Shown piece after piece: positions 28,225 through 40,600 of a stretch of 64,000 nucleotides of DNA. The notes beneath the pieces are model-generated. The model worked only from the letters and a program-made list of their open reading frames with translations, was not told the origin of the DNA and did no database searches. The position numbers and the translations under genes were made by a program. Numbering within the stretch: position 1 is the first letter of the stretch; each line of letters begins with the position of its first letter. Source of the stretch: the human T2T-CHM13v2.0 reference genome, Homo sapiens. The DNA is taken from NCBI RefSeq assembly GCF_009914755.1, contig NC_060927.1; one strand, given 5' to 3'.

Positions 28225-28455
28225 TTTGGAGCCTGGCTGCATCAGTGCTGAGCAGTGAGACTCATGGACAAGTTACGTAACCTGCCTAAGCACTATGTTT
28301 TCATCTTAAAAAATAAATAATAATAGAAAAATAATAATAATAGTAACAATATTTGCCTTGTAGCACTGTTGTGAGAATTAAATGAGGTAATGCTTGCAAT
28401 GAGCTTAGTGTCAGACACATAGTAAGTGCTCAATAAGTATTAGTTATTATTATTG
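28225..28455 (+). mobile_element. MIR
   Basis: GGACAAGTTAC.TAACCT...GTTGTGAGAATTAAATGAG.TAATG...CACATAGTAAGTGCTCAATAA. Confidence 0.85.
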
Positions 28456-30188
28456 TTATTGTTACTGCAATTCAAAAACAAGGATTCTTGCCCTATGTTT
28501 CACACCAGAGCCTGAAATAGAAAGCTCCCTAGTAGTATATCCAAATTTTGATTAAATGATGAAGAGGGAAAAATGCATCTCCTGAAAAACAGTCTTCTGT
28601 TTCTGTACCTTTTCTCCTCCAGGAAAGGACACTAGAGCCCCTGTGTCTTCATTTTTTTTCTATCATGTATACCTTAATTTTACTGGGTCTATTTTCCAAA
28701 AAGGATTTCCAATGGTAATGTCCTTGTGTTCTCTCCCTGCCTCCTCTGGTTCTGAACATGCCATAGGAAAGGTCTTTACCCAGAAGATCTGAGGAACAAA
28801 GTTCAGCAGTGTTTCAGTAAGTGGGTGACAAGGGAAGGACAAAGTGCAGCTGGCTGTCCAACCTGATGCAGAACCAGCTCAGGACAGACAAGCCAAGTCT
28901 TGCCCAAGGACATGGAAGGGGAGGAATGGGCTGGGGCTTGAGCAGGACAGGAGAGGTTGTGACAAAACAATCACCCTTAGGGGCTGAAACCAGAAGTGGA
29001 TCTGGTGGACAAAAGTAATGCTTCAGAGGAAGGAGCCCTCCAAGGCCCTCCGGAAGAATGGAGGTTAGGGACAACCTGAGAATCAGCCAGTTGGAAGGAG
29101 CATGGCTTTCAGAAAGAAATGGGTACTAAAGAAGCAATAAGTGATAAGTAAAGTCTCTTTCCAGAGCCCCCAGGATCAGTGGAGACCCAGGCTCTGAGAC
29201 TCTCCATGCAGACGCCCCGTGGACACCTCTACTTTCATACCTTTAAAGCAGACCCATCTGCCCTACCCTCAGAGATCTGCTCGGGTTCTGCTTCCCTTTC
29301 TCAGAGAAGTTCCCACCAAGTCCCCAGGCTCACCAGCCAGAAGCCAGGGGTCATCTAGGACCCATCCCTTGTCCTCATGTCCCATGTCCTGTGGGTTTGA
29401 CAACTTCTGAGTTGGTTGAATCCATCACCTCTGCCTCTGCCTCTTCCCCGTTGCCTGCAGAATACAGTCTTGGGCATAGAACACAAGGCTTCCATACTCT
29501 GAGCCCTGTCTACCTTTCCAATTCCACGTTCCTGTTTCTCCACAGCCCCATCAAACTCCCTCTGTGGTGAACATAAGTGATTGCTGAGTGAATACATGAA
29601 AGAATAAATGCATCATTACAAACAGGAAGAGTTTTGACATTTCCTAAGGGGTAAGATATATGTTTACGAATATTTTGCTGTCAAATTCTACCTTTTAATA
29701 AAAGACTGTGGGGTTTTCTTATTAGATGGACAGTTCATTGTGAATTGAAAGTGGTCCTATCCACTGTGAGAGTACAGATTGCATCTTTTTCAGCCCTCAC
29801 ATAATAATATTTTCAATATTATTTATTGAATGGCGAGATCTAAACTCTCAGGAGGTAGGGACTTCAAGTTTTCCTCCAAGGCTGCGTCTTTGGCTTGGGT
29901 CCTGATAATCATCTTATATGTGGTAGAAGCAGAAATGACTAATATGGATTAATACTCCCTGCTCCTACAGGAAGGTGCCCAAGGCAGGCAACTCTAACCT
30001 AGTGGCAGGAGCTAGGAGAAGGAACTGAGGGCCAGAACAGAAACAACACGTGAAGGAAGGAGACAGGCAGGGAGCAGGTGGGGAGCTAAGAGAGCTAAAG
30101 TTGATGCATGGATAGATAGAGTCTGTGGCAAAAGCCCAAGAAGCAAATATCAGATGGGATAAGTCAGGTAAGATATTAAGACATCAGA

Positions 30189-30493
30189 GGCTAGGTGTGG
30201 TGGCTCATGTCTGTAATACCAGAACTTTGGGAGGCTGAGGTAGTCAGATTGCTTAAGCCCAGGAGTTTGAGACCAGCCTGGGCAACACAGCAAAACACCA
30301 TCTCTACAAAAAATACAAAAAAATTAGCCAGGTGTGGTGACACATGCCTGTAGTCCCAGCTACTCAAGAGGCTGCGGTTGGAAGATTGCTTGAGCCCAAG
30401 AGGTCGAGGCTGCAGTGAGCCATGATTGCACCACTGCATTCCAGCCTGGGTGACAGGGCGAGACCCTGTCTTCTGGGGAGTGGGGAAGGGCAG
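30189..30493 (+). mobile_element. AluJ with a G-rich segment in place of the poly-A tail
   Basis: J-type body ending GAGACCCTGTCT; TSD AAGACATCAGA (30178-30188) / AAGACCTCAGA (30494-30504). Confidence 0.93.
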
Positions 30494-30640
30494 AAGACCT
30501 CAGAAAGAAGTTAAGGTGCTGGACTCCACAAGGCAGAGGTAGACAGTTCCCACGAGTGCTCTGTATGGGTCTTGTTAGGGACTGGATTGTGCCTTCCCAC
30601 CCCAAATTCATATGTTGAAACCCTAGCCCCAGTGTGATGA

Positions 30641-31437
30641 TGATGCAGGATGTCTCCTTAACCCTTTTGTGGAACTTCTGACAGGGGTGTCCCGTTTACT
30701 CAGCCCACCGTGCTCAACCCTTCACCAGAGGGAGCATGTGAGCAAATGAGTACAGGAACTGGCTAGCTGCTTTAGTGCTGGCAGGAGCGAACTTTGTGCA
30801 GGCCCTACTGCAGCATCCAGATGGGGATGCCTGTGATCCCAAAGCATCAGAGCGCATGTTACAATGCTCTCTTTGCCCCGCCATTCACAGACAGCAATGT
30901 GTTATTAGCTCAGTGGGCCCTTTGCCTTGTCATGTGGGGCAGCTGCTCTCCACCAGCAAGAGCAAATGGCCAGTGTGACAGCCTTTTTGGGTACCCACAC
31001 GTGGTGGGTAGTGAACTCTTGTCTGATGCCCAAAAAGAATAAGGTCATGTGGATGAATTGAAGGATGGTGGATGAGAAGAATTTTAATGAGTGATGAAAG
31101 CAGGTCTCAGTGGAGAGGGGAGCTGGAAAGAAGCAGGAAGAGCAGGTCGCTCTTCCCTGAAGTTGAGTTGCCTCCCTGCCTTTCTCCTCCAAAGTCAAGT
31201 TGCCTCTCCCCAACATCCAGCCACTTCTCCTCTCTACCAGCCAAGTCGGGGGTATTTACAGGCACAGGATGGAGGGTGGGGCAGGTCACAGGTAGTTTTG
31301 GAAAAGGCAGCATTTGTTTGGTAAAAAGACATTATTCAGAAAGAAACAACCAGGGGAGAGTGGGTGCACAGGAATAGAAGTTCTCACTTTGGGTCACGGG
31401 TTTCAGGCTACTTTTGGTTTGAAGGTGGGGTTTCCAC
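30641..31437 (-). mobile_element. LTR27-like ERV1 LTR
   Basis: TGATGCAGGAT...CAGGGGTG.CCCGTTTACTCAGCCC at one end; AGAAGTTCTCACTTTGGG...TTTCAGGCT...GAAGGTGGGGTTTC at the other. Confidence 0.72.
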
Positions 31438-31611
31438 TTAGGACAGGGTCTTTAGGCAGGTAATTTTGGTGACCAGGTCATAAAGATGGAGGACTAATCT
31501 GACAGGACTGGTATTTTATAAGAAGAGGAGGAAATGCCAGAGATCACTCGCTCTCTCTCTATCCCAGGTGCGCAAAGTAAAGGCTAAGTGAGGATACAGT
31601 GAGAAGGTGGC

Positions 31612-32915
31612 TGTAATGTTGTGATATAATAAGAAATATATATTTGGCTTTTGTCCCCGGTTTTTAGAACAGAGTTTTTAAAATCCTTGGAACTTCCTAA
31701 GTGATTAGGGTAAGAGGAATATCTTTTGTTATTCATAATAAGCCTCTTTTAACCATACCTGAGTTTATGCTAAGGAGGTGACCCTGGGAGAATGAGAGCT
31801 GGTTGTCAGGGGAACCAACCACACAATTATGGGGTTAGAACATTCAGCTGTACCCCCTAATCTCCAGGAAAGAAAGAGGGGCTAGGTAGGGATCAAGTTA
31901 ATCACCAGTGGCCAATACAGTCATGTGTCACAAAACAACATTTTGGTCAATATCAGTCCACAAGATTATAATACCATATATTTACTGTACCTTTTCTACG
32001 TTTAGATCTACAAATAGTCATTCTGTTATAGCTGCCTACAGTACAAACATCCTATATAGGTTTGTAGCCTATAAGCAATAGGCAATACCGTATAGCCTAG
32101 GTGTGCAGTAGGCTATACCACCTAGATTTGCCTAAGTACACTCTATAATGTTTGCTCAAAGACAGAATTGTCTGGTATTTCTCAAAATGTATCCACAATG
32201 CCTGACTGTAATTTAATCAATTATGCCTACTTAACGAAGCCTCCACAAAAACCCTAAACAATGGAGATTGCAGAGCTTCTGGGTCAATGAATATATCCAT
32301 GTGCTGAGAGGGTGATGCACCCCAACTCAAAGGGACAGAAATGCCTATGCTCAGGACCCTTGCAGATCTCAGAGAACTCTTCACTTGGTTGGTAAGCTGT
32401 ATGTTTTGTAATATCGTTTATAGTAAACCAGTGAACATAAGTGTTTTTCTGAATTTTGTGAGCTCTTCTAGCAAATTATCAAGCCCAAGAGGAGGGCCAA
32501 GGGAGGGCCTGATTTGTAGCCAAATTGGACAGAAGTGTGGGTTACCTGGAGACCCACTACTTGTGATTGGAATCTGAAGTGAGGAGCAGGCTGGTGGGAC
32601 TGAGCCCTTAACCTATGGGATCTGCTCCTGGCAGAGCAGAATCAACTCCTGGTATTAATGTCAGAATTGAGTTAAATTTTAGGAAACCTAGTTGGACTAG
32701 AGAATTGCTGGAGTGGAAAGCCGTACATTTTGTGTCAAAAGAAGTGTTGTGTGAGTAGAGAAAGCTTTTTTTTTTCCTTTTATAAGCTTTCTGAAATTTA
32801 ATTGAGTTAAATTGTAGGACAACCAGAAAATTGAAGAATTGCTTAGTGTGAAAAACCCACACATTTGGTGTCAAAAGAAATATTGTCTATGTAGATAAAC
32901 AAATTTTTCCTTTTA
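31612..32915 (+). mobile_element. MER21-family LTR interrupted by Tigger3
   Basis: TGTAATGTTGTGATATAATAAGAAATATATATTTGG start; 3' part has the duplicated GAATTG...ACATTTGGTGTCAAAAGAA..GTTGT block. Confidence 0.86.
31918..32208 (-). mobile_element. Tigger3a/MER7-like MITE (TcMar DNA transposon)
   Basis: Terminal inverted repeats CAGTCATG... / ...CCTGACTG flanked by TA on both sides; internal TATAGCCTAGGTGTG.AGTAGGCTATACCA. Confidence 0.88.
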
Positions 32916-33189
32916 GCAGCCATTTGCAAGTCAACAGACAGCCCTCACCAGAAACCAAATTTGCTGGCACCTTGATCTTGGACCTGTAGTCTCCAGAACT
33001 GTGAGAAAATAGATTTCTCTCAGTAGATCTATAGATTTAAGCCACCCAGTCCCTGCCATTTGTAATGGCAGCCCAAGCAGAGTAATGTAGGTCTCTTTTG
33101 AAGGACCATGTTCTGCCCCCTCTGGTAAGTAGCACTCTCATCCTCCTGCAGAAGATGCACAGTGTGGTGCCTGCAGAAGACAGCCCTTG

Positions 33190-33191
<2 letters not shown>

Positions 33192-33221
<30 letters not shown>
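33192..33221. repeat. (CA)n microsatellite
   Basis: 15 perfect AC units. Confidence 0.97.
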
Positions 33222-33224
<3 letters not shown>

Positions 33225-33780
33225 ATAAACCAAGCAAACTGAGAGGATGTATCCTGGAATTGTGCTTATGTGAGCCAACAATAAGGCCGATCTCTCTGTG
33301 GAAGAATTATTTAGGGACCTCAAAAAGCAGAGCATTAATGCAGTGACTTGTGTAGTTCAAGAACTGAGAAACATCAAGATGGTTATATTGTCCCAAACGA
33401 CTGATTTCTGAGTGTCAGTCTAGGTTCTTACTTGTTGTTCACCAACTTTCTGTCTGATCTATACTGTGCTGCTTCTACTTCAAGACAGTCTGAGCTCCAT
33501 GAACATAGGGCTTCTTGGTTCCATTGATGCTTCACTTTAAGGATTTGGAAAATTAGGACCACAGTGAAACCAGACATCTCTGGATCTCTGGCATGTCTGA
33601 TAAATGCATAAACTCCTTCCATCTTCTTTCTTTTTACAACAAATGGTCTTTAACAGAATTATTGATTATACTCCATAAAGATCCAACTAGGAAAATCATT
33701 TCCTCCAATCAATCTTTTTTGTTTTCTCCCCATTACCTGAAAAGCATTTATTTATATTTCTGCTAAAAGTTAATGAAGGC

Positions 33781-34119
33781 TGTCTTAGTCCCTTCAGGCT
33801 GCCATAACAAAATGCCATAAACTGGGTGGCTCATAAACAACAGAAATTTATTTCTCACAGTTCCAGAGGCTGAGAAGTCCAAGATCAAGGCCCTGGCAGA
33901 CTGAGTGTCTGATGAAGGTCTTCCTCCTCATAGATGGCATCTTGCTGTGTCCTCACATGGTGAAAGAGTGAAGAGATCCCTCTGGCCTCTTTTATAATGG
34001 CACTGTCCCATTCTTTAGAGCTCTGCCCTCATGACCCAATCACTTTCTAGTACCATCACCTTGCGGTTAAAATTTTAACACATGAATCTGAGGAGCACAT
34101 AAACACTCAGTTTATTGTA
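33781..34119 (-). mobile_element. MLT1A-like LTR
   Basis: TGTCTTAGTCC.TTCAGGCTGC.ATAACAAAAT.CCATAAACTGGGTGGC...GAAGTCCAAGATCAAGG. Confidence 0.9.
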
Positions 34120-35277
34120 AAGCCAGATACCAAAACATTTTTGAAAACTGTTTTATCAGTAAACTTACAAGCTAATGTCTGCCCAACAAACATCCCAACG
34201 ATGTGCACACATGAAGTGATCCTGCAGTTAAACTCCATGCATGGAGAAGACTGGATACAATTTTCCCTCTCCCTGAGAGTAGTGACAGTGCTTTGATTTT
34301 TTGCCACTACTAAAAGCAATTATGTTTTCTGTTTAAATCCATTGAGATCCATCCTTCAATGATCCTGTATTGTTGCAGAAATTTTGCATCACTAATACAG
34401 AGTGTTTTCGACAATTGGCTTTTGTGTTCCAGGTAGACACTTGTAAAGAAAATCAAAAATATTTTACCTAAAAATACACTTCTTTGAAATATTTTGAGAA
34501 GGCTATTCAGAGGGCCTGCAGACAGGAATAGCTCTGAAAAGCTGCCTTTTGTGGAGAAGATTTGCATCCGTAGAGAAAAATCTACATTAATTATATAGAA
34601 AACTTAGCTTTCTCTGAATCCCTCCCCCTTATCTGGATCTAGGAAAAATTAACTCAATCACAGACCACTGTCTATTCTTTCTGAGAGGTGGGTTTTCATC
34701 CACTTAATAATACCACCTTTGCCCCATGCCTTTCTTCCTCTCTACCTCCCATAACCTGTCTTGCCATTCTCCAAATGCCTGTTCTTACTATAACCTCAAA
34801 ATGGTATAAAAATGTCAGCCATCTGGCTCTTTCTTTGAGTTTTCACATTTTGTACAACTCTTGCACATATTAATAAATTTCGCATGCCTTTTCTCCTATT
34901 CATTTCCCTTTTGTCAGCTGATTTTCAGCAAACCTTCAGAGGGTGAAGGAGAAATTTTCCCTTGGATCCTACAGTTTTGGTGACCATGGCAGGACAACCA
35001 GATTAGGAGAAAATCATTTATACAGACTAGTCTCAGGTGTAGTGACTCTGGTGTATGTTTTGGTATGAATATTCATATTGTTTGATCCTTTCCTCCCAGA
35101 AATAGTCTTTATTTTTTTCCTTTGTCTCTGTCTTTCTGTGTCATTTGTCATAAAGTACCTCTTGTCCAATATTATGTCCTTGAGACCTTAACTTGTGACT
35201 GAATGGGACCGCTCTCTTTTGGTGTCCACCATCTAGGAGTGTAACTTTTGATTCACAGCCAGTGGCCAATGTGAAAG

Positions 35278-36093
35278 TAAAACAGGAAAAGTTCCTTTAT
35301 CCCCCTAGCATGGTGTGCGATGGGTGTGTGGCTCAGTTCTTTGGTGCCCCACTGCTCAAACCTCTAGCAGGAGTATGCAGACTTGCCAATCATGGGGATC
35401 TGACCCCATGGCAGCAGCTGGGGGTGAATGTTTACCGCTGAAGTCCCAGTGGGCATGTGTTACAGGGTGCTCTTTCAGTTTAGCCATCCATAGGTGGCTT
35501 GTGTTGATCAGCTCAATTAAACCCCTGCCTTATCGCAAGGACAGAATGCTTTCCATATCCTGGGGTTTCTTGCCTTGGCATACTGGAAGAATTGGATCGC
35601 ACGTGGGCTTGGAGAATCAATGCAAGACTTTATTGAGTGGAAATAGCAGTCAGTAAATGGGGGAGCTAGAAGGGAGACGGAGTAGGAAGATGGTTTTGCC
35701 CTGGAGTCAAGCTGCTCAGTGGCTGGGCTCTCCTTCTGCCCTGTCCAAACTCTGCGGCACTGGTGGATGGCCTGTCAGCTGGATGGCATCTGTTGGTGTG
35801 TTCTTTCACCAGTGCGTTCCTCTCAATATCCAGCCACTTGTGTCTTCTTCCACTGGTGTGTTCCTCTTGACGTCCACCTGCTTGTGTGCATGTCTGTTAG
35901 GGTCTTGGGGGTTTTATAGGCACAGGATGGGGACATGGTGGGCCAGGATGGTCTTGGGAAATGCAACTTTTGGGCACGAAAACAGAAATGCCTGTCCTCA
36001 TCTAGGCCCATGGTCATAGGCTGGAGGTGAAGCCCTGGCCAGGGACCCAGACTTCTCTACCCAGTACTTCCCTGCCCGCACCCCCCCATATCA
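35278..36093 (-). mobile_element. LTR1-family solo LTR nested in the provirus
   Basis: Reverse complement starts TGATATGGGGGG..GGGCAGGGAAGTACTGGGTAGAG; TSD AAAG at 35274-35277 and 36094-36097. Confidence 0.85.
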
Positions 36094-36200
36094 AAAGGAC
36101 TGGGAATCTCTAGACACATAAGATATTAAGCAGCACACTCTTTGTTCAGAATGTGCCAAGCTCTCAGGGGAGTTTGTATTAATAAGAATTCCCATCCATA

Positions 36201-36590
<390 letters not shown>

Positions 36591-37069
36591 TTAACAAGCC
36601 TGTGACTGGCAAGCCCCCACAAATTTGTGGGATACTAGAGGCACCATACATATGCACAGACATCATCCTTAACCATCTGTGGAAGGAGAGTCTTTTGTTA
36701 TTTAACTTATTTCTGGGAGTAAATTTTTGAGGGTTTCATATGATGCTGCATCTTCTGCACCCATTTTTAAAACGCCACTTATGTCCATGGTGTTCCTTCC
36801 ATTAAAAATGTCTGTTGGCTTGAGTCGCTTATGAAATAAACAAAAGGACTATATTTAAAAGAAAACTTTTTAGAGAGCTCTTATCTTAAATAGCCATCTT
36901 ATTGGTATCTATGAAAAAATACAAAAGAAATATAGCCTTTAAAATTCTATTGGCAAGATTCCAAAATGGCAGAAATCAGATTTAAAACAAAGTTAAAACC
37001 CTGTGTATACACACACTGCCTGCTTTGGATTCCCTGTGGGATATGCAAAAAGGGCAATCCAGCCTGTAT

Positions 37070-37134
37070 TCTAGTGGCGAGGATTCCATGCTTTCACATC
37101 CACTGCCCAGGTTTGATTCCCAGACGGAGAACCA
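37070..37134 (+). pseudogene. tRNA-Glu(TTC)-derived sequence within the ERV internal region
   Basis: TCTAGTGGCGAGGATTCCATGCTTTCACATCCACTGCCCAGGTTTGATTCCCAGACGGAGAACCA aligns to tRNA-Glu (CTAGTGG.TAGGATTCGGCGCTTTCACCGCCGCGGCCCGGGTTCGATTCCCGG...GGAA plus CCA). The 5' acceptor strand is missing and CpGs have decayed. Confidence 0.82.
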
Positions 37135-37189
37135 GTCCCTTAGAGATGTAAGTCCTTTAACCCAGGAGGTAAAAAGAAACATTTATAAG

Positions 37190-37688
37190 TAAGGAGAGCA
37201 AAGATCACCTAGTGACCATCAAGCAGGCCATTAAGAGACAAAAAGAAAAATTCCTTATTTGAGGAATTTAGAAGTAATTAGACTTCCCTATTATCTAAAG
37301 TCAGCACCTGGTTCCAGGCCTCTTTTCAACTTAAAATTTACAGGAAACTAGAATGTCTATACACCTCCAGAATGCATGCATGCCGAACTGCCAAACTCAT
37401 TGTGCAATCCTTACCGACATTAAGGCACCAAGATGTCTACAAATGTAATCGTTTATCATGCAAATTACCCTTCAGCTTCCGCTTTAAGGTCTCTAAACAC
37501 CTCTAAAGAAAAAGCCACCATGCTGTGCTCAGTCCTCTCTTGCTGAGGCCCCCCGCTGCACTCTTCTGCAGCGTTCCTTCTTTCTAAAAAATATTTCTGT
37601 TTTCAAACCCATACCGTTGTCAGTAAATTCTTACCAACCCACAAGTCAACCACTTTCCAATGCCAGGGCTCTGACACCTCGCCCAGCA
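37190..37688 (+). mobile_element. MER84-like solo LTR nested in the provirus
   Basis: TAAGGAGAGCAAAGATCACCTAGTGACCATCAAGCAGGCCAT start and ...CTGACACCTCGCCCAGCA end; TSD ATAAG at 37185-37189 and 37689-37693. Confidence 0.8.
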
Positions 37689-40600
37689 ATAAGAATTAGT
37701 TTGGATTACTTATTTTGAATTTATATTTGTGTGACTCTTGACTTTCTGATGTACTCATTTCTTATTGATTCTTTTCCCTTTCCCTTCCATGGATGGCTAT
37801 TGTTTTCCTGTTTGTCTCTAAGTCTCTTTTTTTTTCATCTAGTAGCTGCTAGACCCAGGGGGTAATTCTGGGTCTTGTGAGGACTGCTTTTTTACACGTT
37901 TTTGGAGATGCCTCATGCATCCTTGGTTAAGGTTTTCGTTCTCAGTCACTGGGAAATTACCTTTGGTTTAAAAGAAAAGAGAAAAAGTTCAAAAGCCAGG
38001 AATATTGGCTTTGTTCTGGCTAAAACTGATAATGAGAGATTCAAAAGATTCTTTGAATTCTATGAGCAAAAGTCAGCTTAAGCAAAGCTGATACTCAGAT
38101 TATACATATTTTTAGACATTTCTGTTCTCCTTTGGATCCCATTTCTCCCATGGGGATTTTTTTGATCCAACTGAAACCTCTTTTTAATTGTACGTGCGTT
38201 CCTTCTGCTTGTTTCCTTTTTTGGCAAGATTTTTGCTTAAAAAGATGTAAAATTTAATTGGCCTTTTTTTGAAAGTTTGAGATCTCCCCACACTGGCTCC
38301 TCTAGGACTCATTCTTCCACTTGCTCCTACCCCTGTTTTTGCTATGATCTTCCATTCATTTCCCCTTAATCATTGATATGTGCCCCTTCAAGCCCCTACT
38401 TTCTTCATCTGGTGGTCAATGGATGAAAAATTACTAAGAGGAAATATGAGAGTCTTGGTTGTCACATAAAAGAATCTGAAAGAAACTTCTAGTAACTCTC
38501 ATACCTCTTTGAGAAAGAGAGCTAAGGTATCACTGGCCCCTTTTTAGGTCCTCTGTCTTCCTCACAGAACCCAAAGAGTCATGAGTGGGTCTGGCCCTGT
38601 TTGTTAATGGGCTCTGGCGTGAGCAATAATCCAGTTAAGAAACGGAAACTAAGTTTAAAGGCCACCTATCAAACTAAATATCCAAAGTACAACCTTCTGG
38701 CCTTCAGCTGGCTATTTTAAAACTCTTGGTAAAAGAAATGTTTATTTATAAAGAGAATCTCAATTTGTAAGGGTCTCTCTCTCTCCCTCTCTCTGCAACT
38801 AAACCACTAGAAACTTTTACAATGGGAAAGGCATTGACTTAAAAGTTTACATAACAAATCTTACCTTTGTCTAAAGTAGTTTTTCTGGCTGTCTTGCCTT
38901 AACTTAACTGAGCCTTACCTATGTCATTCTCTGTCTTGGCAAATAATGTTTAGATCTAAGTTCTGTATCTTTGAGATATAAATTTTCCACCTTATTTCAC
39001 CTAAGAGTCAGTACAGATTTAGGACTGCCTAGCTAACAATTGCTTAGGGCAATGAAACAGGTAATCAGAAGGTTGATGGTATGAATGGGGGAAAGAAACT
39101 ATTTGGAAACTGGCTAATGAAAGATATAAGATCTGCTTCTGTCTATGTGTCCATATGTCTGTCTATGTATCTTATGTGTATGTAATATTTCTATGTGATC
39201 TGAGATATTATCTGGTAAATAAAGCTAGTTTTAAAATTTTTGGTAAAATAAAATAGTGTATTCAGAATTGTCAGTATTAAATATAATTCAGACATTTTTG
39301 CCTGAGTCTATTGGTCAGATAGGTTTATGCTGTTTGTGTCACATGTTTTAAGGTCATAAAACTGCTACTTCTATAATGTTTTTGGTACTTGCTTGATTTG
39401 TCTGTAAGCTAAAGCTGTGAGGGCTGGCTGGTGGGCCCCTCTGAAGTGTCGCACACATCTTGCTGTAAGCATATATCTTTGGGTTTGAGCCTTTGGATTC
39501 TAGAGTCTGGATAGGTGACTATGGTGAAGCTTGAGGATATATGTGTGTTCAGAGAACCTAGGCCACCAGCTGTCACCTTCACAGCTCTGTCCACTGTCCT
39601 GGGTTCTACACTTGGAGTTTGAATCCAGGATTCAGATGAGCCCTGCCCTTCATAGCCATCCTGGGTGCATGTGGGTACTCAGGACCCAGAACAGCTAGGG
39701 AGGACATTAGGAATGGTACCTGTGTCATCATTTCAAAATTCTTTTTAGTAATTTAAAATCTTAAAACCATGTTTTGTTAAATTAAGTAATAGAATCATAA
39801 AATGTCTGAGTCATTTCTAAGTCAAAATACTTAACCATGAAATATTGAACATAACTTTAAGTTATATACTTTGAGATCTTATTTTTATATTGTATAGAAA
39901 AGCTAAATATTTTTCCTGGGTGATGTTGGTAGAAAATAGGAAAAAAAAGAAAAGCTAAATGTATTTTGTATCAGTTAATAAACAAAATATTGAGGAAACA
40001 TATCTATCTAAAAATTATGAAATGGCATTTATCTACAAACATATAAAATGGTTCAAAATTACTTATGTGTTAGGTTTTCACTAGAAATTAGACTTACTAA
40101 AAGTTAAAAATCAAATTAGTATATGTAATTAAAACTATTAATATAAGAGAAATAATTTATATACAACATGTATAGAAAAGCAAGATATGCTTTTGGTAGA
40201 AAAAGTTACAAAGGCATGAGGATGTATGTTTGATGAGAAAAAAATAATTTTGTCTAGTTTAGAGGTTATTTAAAGGCTATTTCTATGGTATCATACTCTT
40301 ATAGGAAATGAAGGGAGAAGTCACATAGATAAAACTAGATACATATACAAAGTTGGAGGAAAAATAATTTCAAAATCTTATGTGGTTAAACTGACTAAAA
40401 TTAAACACATTTATTGTAAGGATGTTTTGAGTCTTAAGATAAAAATTACCCTAATGCAAAACTAGAATTTGGCTTTCTCTTTTGAACAAGATTTTTATAT
40501 AGTATTAATAAGAATAGAAGAATTTGGCTCACCTTTTGAATAAACTGCAAAAAAGAAAAAAATAGACAAAGTAGAGAGAGAAACAGATTCTGTGTGTTTC

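Larger units (their letters stand above)
30573..33088 (+). mobile_element. MLT1A/B-like LTR in three pieces (about 30573-30640, 31440-31611, 32916-33088) separated by nested insertions
   Basis: CCCAAATTCATATGTTGAAACCCTA..., then GGGTCTTTAGG.AGGTAATT...TATAAGAAGAGG..., then GCTGGCACCTTGATCTTGGAC...CTCCAGAACTGTGAGAAAAT; the pieces are colinear. Confidence 0.82.

Noticed and set aside
32655-32915. Internal duplicated block at the MER21 3' end
   Set aside because: As I recall, such 3' repeats are a family feature of MER21 LTRs, so it is probably not locus-specific.
33428-33622. Minus-strand 64-aa ORF with a donor-like site at its end
   Set aside because: No convincing matching acceptor and no recognisable peptide.
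37070-37134. Functional tRNA-Glu gene
   Set aside because: The 5' acceptor strand is missing, stems are disrupted, the B-box is mutated (GGTTTGATTCC) and CCA is encoded; it is a pseudogene.
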